DNA from: Fastidiosibacter lacustris
GTDB taxonomy: Bacteria > Pseudomonadota > Gammaproteobacteria > Francisellales > Francisellaceae
NCBI RefSeq assembly: GCF_003428155.1
Contig: NZ_QLIR01000003.1
Coordinates: 30,001-62,000, forward strand
DNA length: 32,000 nucleotides
Reading direction: 5' to 3'
Below are positions 29,101-32,000 of this stretch, piece by piece. Each line of letters opens with the position of its first letter. Within the stretch, counting starts at the first letter, position 1. The notes under the pieces are model-generated. The model was given only the letters and a program-made list of their open reading frames with translations, made no database searches and was not told where the DNA came from. The position numbers and the translations under genes were made by a program.

Positions 29101-29787
29101 ATGAAAATAGCCATTTTAGGTGCAATGGAAGCCGAAATCACACCTATTTTAACAGCGGTAGATAAGTATGAAGTAACAGAATATGCCAATAATAAATATT
29201 ACTTTAGTCAATATGCCGGACATGAGCTTATTCTAGCTTATAGTAAGATTGGTAAAGTGTTTTCAGCATTAAGTGCAACTATTATGATTGAGCGCTTTGG
29301 TGCTCAGATGCTATTGTTTTCAGGTGTAGCAGGTGGAGCTGCAACAGATATTCAAGTTGGAGATTTAGTCGTTGCCACTCAAACTGCACAGCATGATATT
29401 GATATTTCTGCCTTTGGGAGAAAAAGAGGCGAGATTCCTGGAAATGAGGTTTTTATTTCCACTTGTGATAATTTAAAAACAAAGCTAGAACAAGTCGCGC
29501 AAATGCTAAGTATTGAACTAAAACAAGGCATTATTGTAACAGGAGATCAATTTATCCATAATGCTCAGCACAAGATCGATATCGCCAAGCACTTTGGTGC
29601 GCATGCGATTGAAATGGAGGGGGCGAGTGTAAATTTAGTGTGTCGTGAGCTTAGCACACCATGTTTAATTTTGCGTGCTATTTCGGATACAGCAGATGGG
29701 CAGGCAGTTGATGATTTTCCTAAATTCGTTGCAATGGCTGCGGAGCGTTCAGCGAAGTTAATCTTGTCTTTAGTGGAGTCCATTTAG
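29101..29787 (+). CDS. mtnN: 5'-methylthioadenosine/S-adenosylhomocysteine nucleosidase
   Basis: MKIAILGAMEAEI..., SGVAGG, GDQF, and AIEMEGASV...RAISDTAD are colinear with E. coli Pfs. Confidence 0.9.
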   Translation: MKIAILGAMEAEITPILTAVDKYEVTEYANNKYYFSQYAGHELILAYSKIGKVFSALSATIMIERFGAQMLLFSGVAGGAATDIQVGDLVVATQTAQHDIDISAFGRKRGEIPGNEVFISTCDNLKTKLEQVAQMLSIELKQGIIVTGDQFIHNAQHKIDIAKHFGAHAIEMEGASVNLVCRELSTPCLILRAISDTADGQAVDDFPKFVAMAAERSAKLILSLVESI

Positions 29788-30383
29788 TTTAAATTTACCA
29801 TAATACTGTTATGGATTTTATCAATTTGAGGAAGAAGCAAGCTAATCTCATGATCGTTTTCGATGATAAAATCACTAAACTTACGCCGTTCATCATCGCT
29901 TATTTGACTATTAATCATTAAAATTGTATTTTTCTTTGTTTGCTTGTCTCTTGCCATTATCCTTTGAACCTTTATTTCAAAGGGAGCACAAACACAAATG
30001 ACCTTTTTAAGGTAAGAATAATTGCTTAAAGTCGATTGAGTTAATAAAGGGATGTCAACAATTGTATAAGCTGATTGACTTAGTTTAAGCGCATCTTCAA
30101 TTTGCTTTCGAATAATTGGGTGCATGAGGTTGTTTAGCCATAAACGATCTTTAGCATTAAGACTTATGATTTTTCTTAACGCTAAACGATTTACCTTCAT
30201 GTTATTTTGGACGACGTTTTTGCCAAAATGCTGATAAATTGCTTCGATAACATGAGGTAGTTCAATTGTTTTCTTGGCATATTGGTCAGCACAAATTACC
30301 TCAATATGGTAACGTTGAGCAAAAAGTGAAGCGACAGTAGTTTTTCCACTACCAATTCCACCGGTAAGTGCGACAGGATACAT
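29784..30383 (-). CDS. coaE: Dephospho-CoA kinase
   Basis: P-loop VALTGGIGSGKTTV lies immediately after ATG 30383. The tracked TTG start at 30437 adds an atypical 18-aa extension. Confidence 0.85.
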   Translation of the reverse strand: MYPVALTGGIGSGKTTVASLFAQRYHIEVICADQYAKKTIELPHVIEAIYQHFGKNVVQNNMKVNRLALRKIISLNAKDRLWLNNLMHPIIRKQIEDALKLSQSAYTIVDIPLLTQSTLSNYSYLKKVICVCAPFEIKVQRIMARDKQTKKNTILMINSQISDDERRKFSDFIIENDHEISLLLPQIDKIHNSIMVNLN

Positions 30384-30469
30384 GTTTTTTTGGTGTACCT
30401 TGGGTTTGTTTCTTGATAGGATAACGACGTTTGCCAAATATTTGTAGCTAAACAGTTAATGGAGTTGCT

Positions 30470-31432
30470 ATGCAAAACATGTTACCTTGTTCTAATCTCG
30501 CTTCAGCTAAGCATTTAATCAGTATTAAAAATTTAGATCGACAGGCACTTGATCATTTAATGTGTTTAGCCAAAGAAGCCTATCATGGAAAGCTTCAAGG
30601 GAGTTTAAAGGATAAGATTATTGCCAGTTGTTTTTTTGAAGCCTCGACTCGCACGCGCTTATCATTTGAAGCAGCAATTCACCGTTTAGGCGCAAGTGTC
30701 ATAGGTTTTTCTGACGCGCAGAGCACATCATTTGCACAAAAAGGAGAGTCATTAACTGATACGATTCATATGTTAAATGGTTATGCTGATGCAATTATCA
30801 TGCGCCATTTTGAAGTAGGAAGTGCTGAACGTGCAGCAGCTGTTTCTGCCATTCCTATTGTTAATGCGGGAGATGGAGCAAATGAGCATCCTTCTCAAAC
30901 GTTACTCGATTTATTTACAATTGAACAGAAGTTCAACAAGATAGATGGTATTAAAATAGCAATGGTAGGGGATTTACGCTATGGTCGAACTGTACACTCA
31001 CTAAGTTATGCGTTAATGAATTACCTAGATGTTACAATTTACTACGTTGCGCCAAAGGCTTTACAGATTCCAGATGAAATTTTGATAAAACTTAAACAAA
31101 AGAATGTTACTGTTACTTGTATAGAGAAGTTGGAACAAGTATTGGGTTTGATAGATGTATTATATATGACTCGACTACAAAAAGAGCGTTTTACTGGAAA
31201 CGAACAGCATAAGCTGGAGTACGTGATAACAGCTCAAATGCTAAAAAAACAAGCACGCAATAAGATGATCGTCATGCACCCTTTACCACGCATTCACGAG
31301 GTTTGTACTTCTGTTGATGCAACCAAATATGCCTGGTATTTTCAGCAGGCCAAAAATGGTGTATATATGCGCCAAGCGATCTTATACAATTTGTTTTTTA
31401 ATTCATTTATTGCAAACCATAAAGCTTGTTAG
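30470..31432 (+). CDS. pyrB: Aspartate carbamoyltransferase catalytic subunit
   Basis: SCFFEASTRTRLSFE, HPSQTLLDLFTI, GDLRYGRTVHS, HPLPR, YFQQAKNG. No pyrI follows. Confidence 0.95.
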   Translation: MQNMLPCSNLASAKHLISIKNLDRQALDHLMCLAKEAYHGKLQGSLKDKIIASCFFEASTRTRLSFEAAIHRLGASVIGFSDAQSTSFAQKGESLTDTIHMLNGYADAIIMRHFEVGSAERAAAVSAIPIVNAGDGANEHPSQTLLDLFTIEQKFNKIDGIKIAMVGDLRYGRTVHSLSYALMNYLDVTIYYVAPKALQIPDEILIKLKQKNVTVTCIEKLEQVLGLIDVLYMTRLQKERFTGNEQHKLEYVITAQMLKKQARNKMIVMHPLPRIHEVCTSVDATKYAWYFQQAKNGVYMRQAILYNLFFNSFIANHKAC

Positions 31433-31513
31433 TAATGAATACAAAACTTATTTTCCTTCGACCTCTGCAAGAGGTAGGATAAGGCGTAATCCAACCTAAT
31501 TTTGATATCGTTA

Positions 31514-31804
31514 CTAGCTATAGGATGCAAAACGACTCACCTGCCAGCTGCGCGATAAAAAATTATCTATTGTAAGGCTTTTCTTTAAAAAGCTTTTGCT
31601 TTGTGCAAGCATAGGTGTGGGGTCTGTATGGTAAAAGTTAAAGTTATATTTACGAGCAATACGTCTTAAATTACTAACGCTGCAATCTAATACTTTAGCA
31701 ATTTGATGAGGTTGCATCTTTTGCTCAATACAGCGTTGAAAAAATTCCAAAATTGAGCAATTGTAATGTAGTGCGATTTTTGTCTCAACCGTAATTTTTT
31801 TCAT
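31514..31804 (-). CDS. Small hypothetical protein with a probable helix-turn-helix
   Basis: MQPHQIAKVLDCSVSNLRRIARKYN resembles an HTH. I do not recognise a family. Confidence 0.4.
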   Translation of the reverse strand: MKKITVETKIALHYNCSILEFFQRCIEQKMQPHQIAKVLDCSVSNLRRIARKYNFNFYHTDPTPMLAQSKSFLKKSLTIDNFLSRSWQVSRFASYS

Positions 31805-32000
31805 TAATTTACTCCCTATTCTTAAATCCTTACTTTATATTTTTTTGGCTTGATTTGATTTAAAAGCCAGCTTGGCGAAATAGCTTTTCCTTATAACTCG
31901 TTATCATATAAGTCCGTATTCAGTAGACAGCTTATTTTTCCTTTGAACACATGGTTTAAGCGTTTGGTAGCCTTTTGCTTAAGTTAGTTTGCAAGCCAAT

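Noticed and set aside
29784-29787. 4-nt convergent overlap of the mtnN and coaE stop codons
   Set aside because: This is real but common in compact genomes, and I see no functional implication.
31440-31513. Possible tRNA or terminator between pyrB and the HTH gene (hairpin acctct-gca-agaggt)
   Set aside because: It is too short and lacks cloverleaf features for a tRNA. The 6-bp stem has no flanking T-run, so I am not confident enough to call a terminator.

Overview
This is an AT-rich, gammaproteobacterial-looking chromosomal segment. My best guess is Legionellales/Thiotrichales-like, but the organism cannot be identified from the sequence alone.

**Left ~17.5 kb: accessory surface/colonisation block**
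- An NHL-repeat lipoprotein, 5' partial, split by a frameshift inside a G9 tract.
- A large StcE/TagA-like M66 zinc-metalloprotease lipoprotein.
- After a ~720 bp AT-rich spacer, a tightly packed ten-gene operon (6081-17503). Its order and protein sizes match the R64/SPI-7-type PilL-PilV type IVb pilus: lipoprotein, TcpQ-like protein, lipoprotein secretin, PilO-like, PilP-like, GspE-family ATPase, GspF-like platform, long-leader prepilin, then two tandem PilV-like minor pilins.
- In this window the operon has no prepilin peptidase, lytic transglycosylase, shufflon/recombinase or conjugation genes.

**Right ~14.5 kb: mostly housekeeping**
- PBP5/6-type DD-carboxypeptidase, a PAS-LuxR regulator, clpB, deoD, an APC permease, trxB, mtnN, coaE, pyrB and a small HTH protein.
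- Embedded here is a small accessory operon on the minus strand: an ATP-grasp ligase translationally coupled to a DMT-like membrane protein.
- That operon is preceded by a perfect 14-copy hexanucleotide repeat. The repeat can be read as (Ala-Pro)14 in a small ORF. It is flanked by other candidate small ORFs and a perfect 12-bp inverted repeat.

**Not found:** rRNA, tRNA, CRISPR arrays or an intact IS element.

All functional calls rest on motif recognition by eye and on synteny. No database search was possible.
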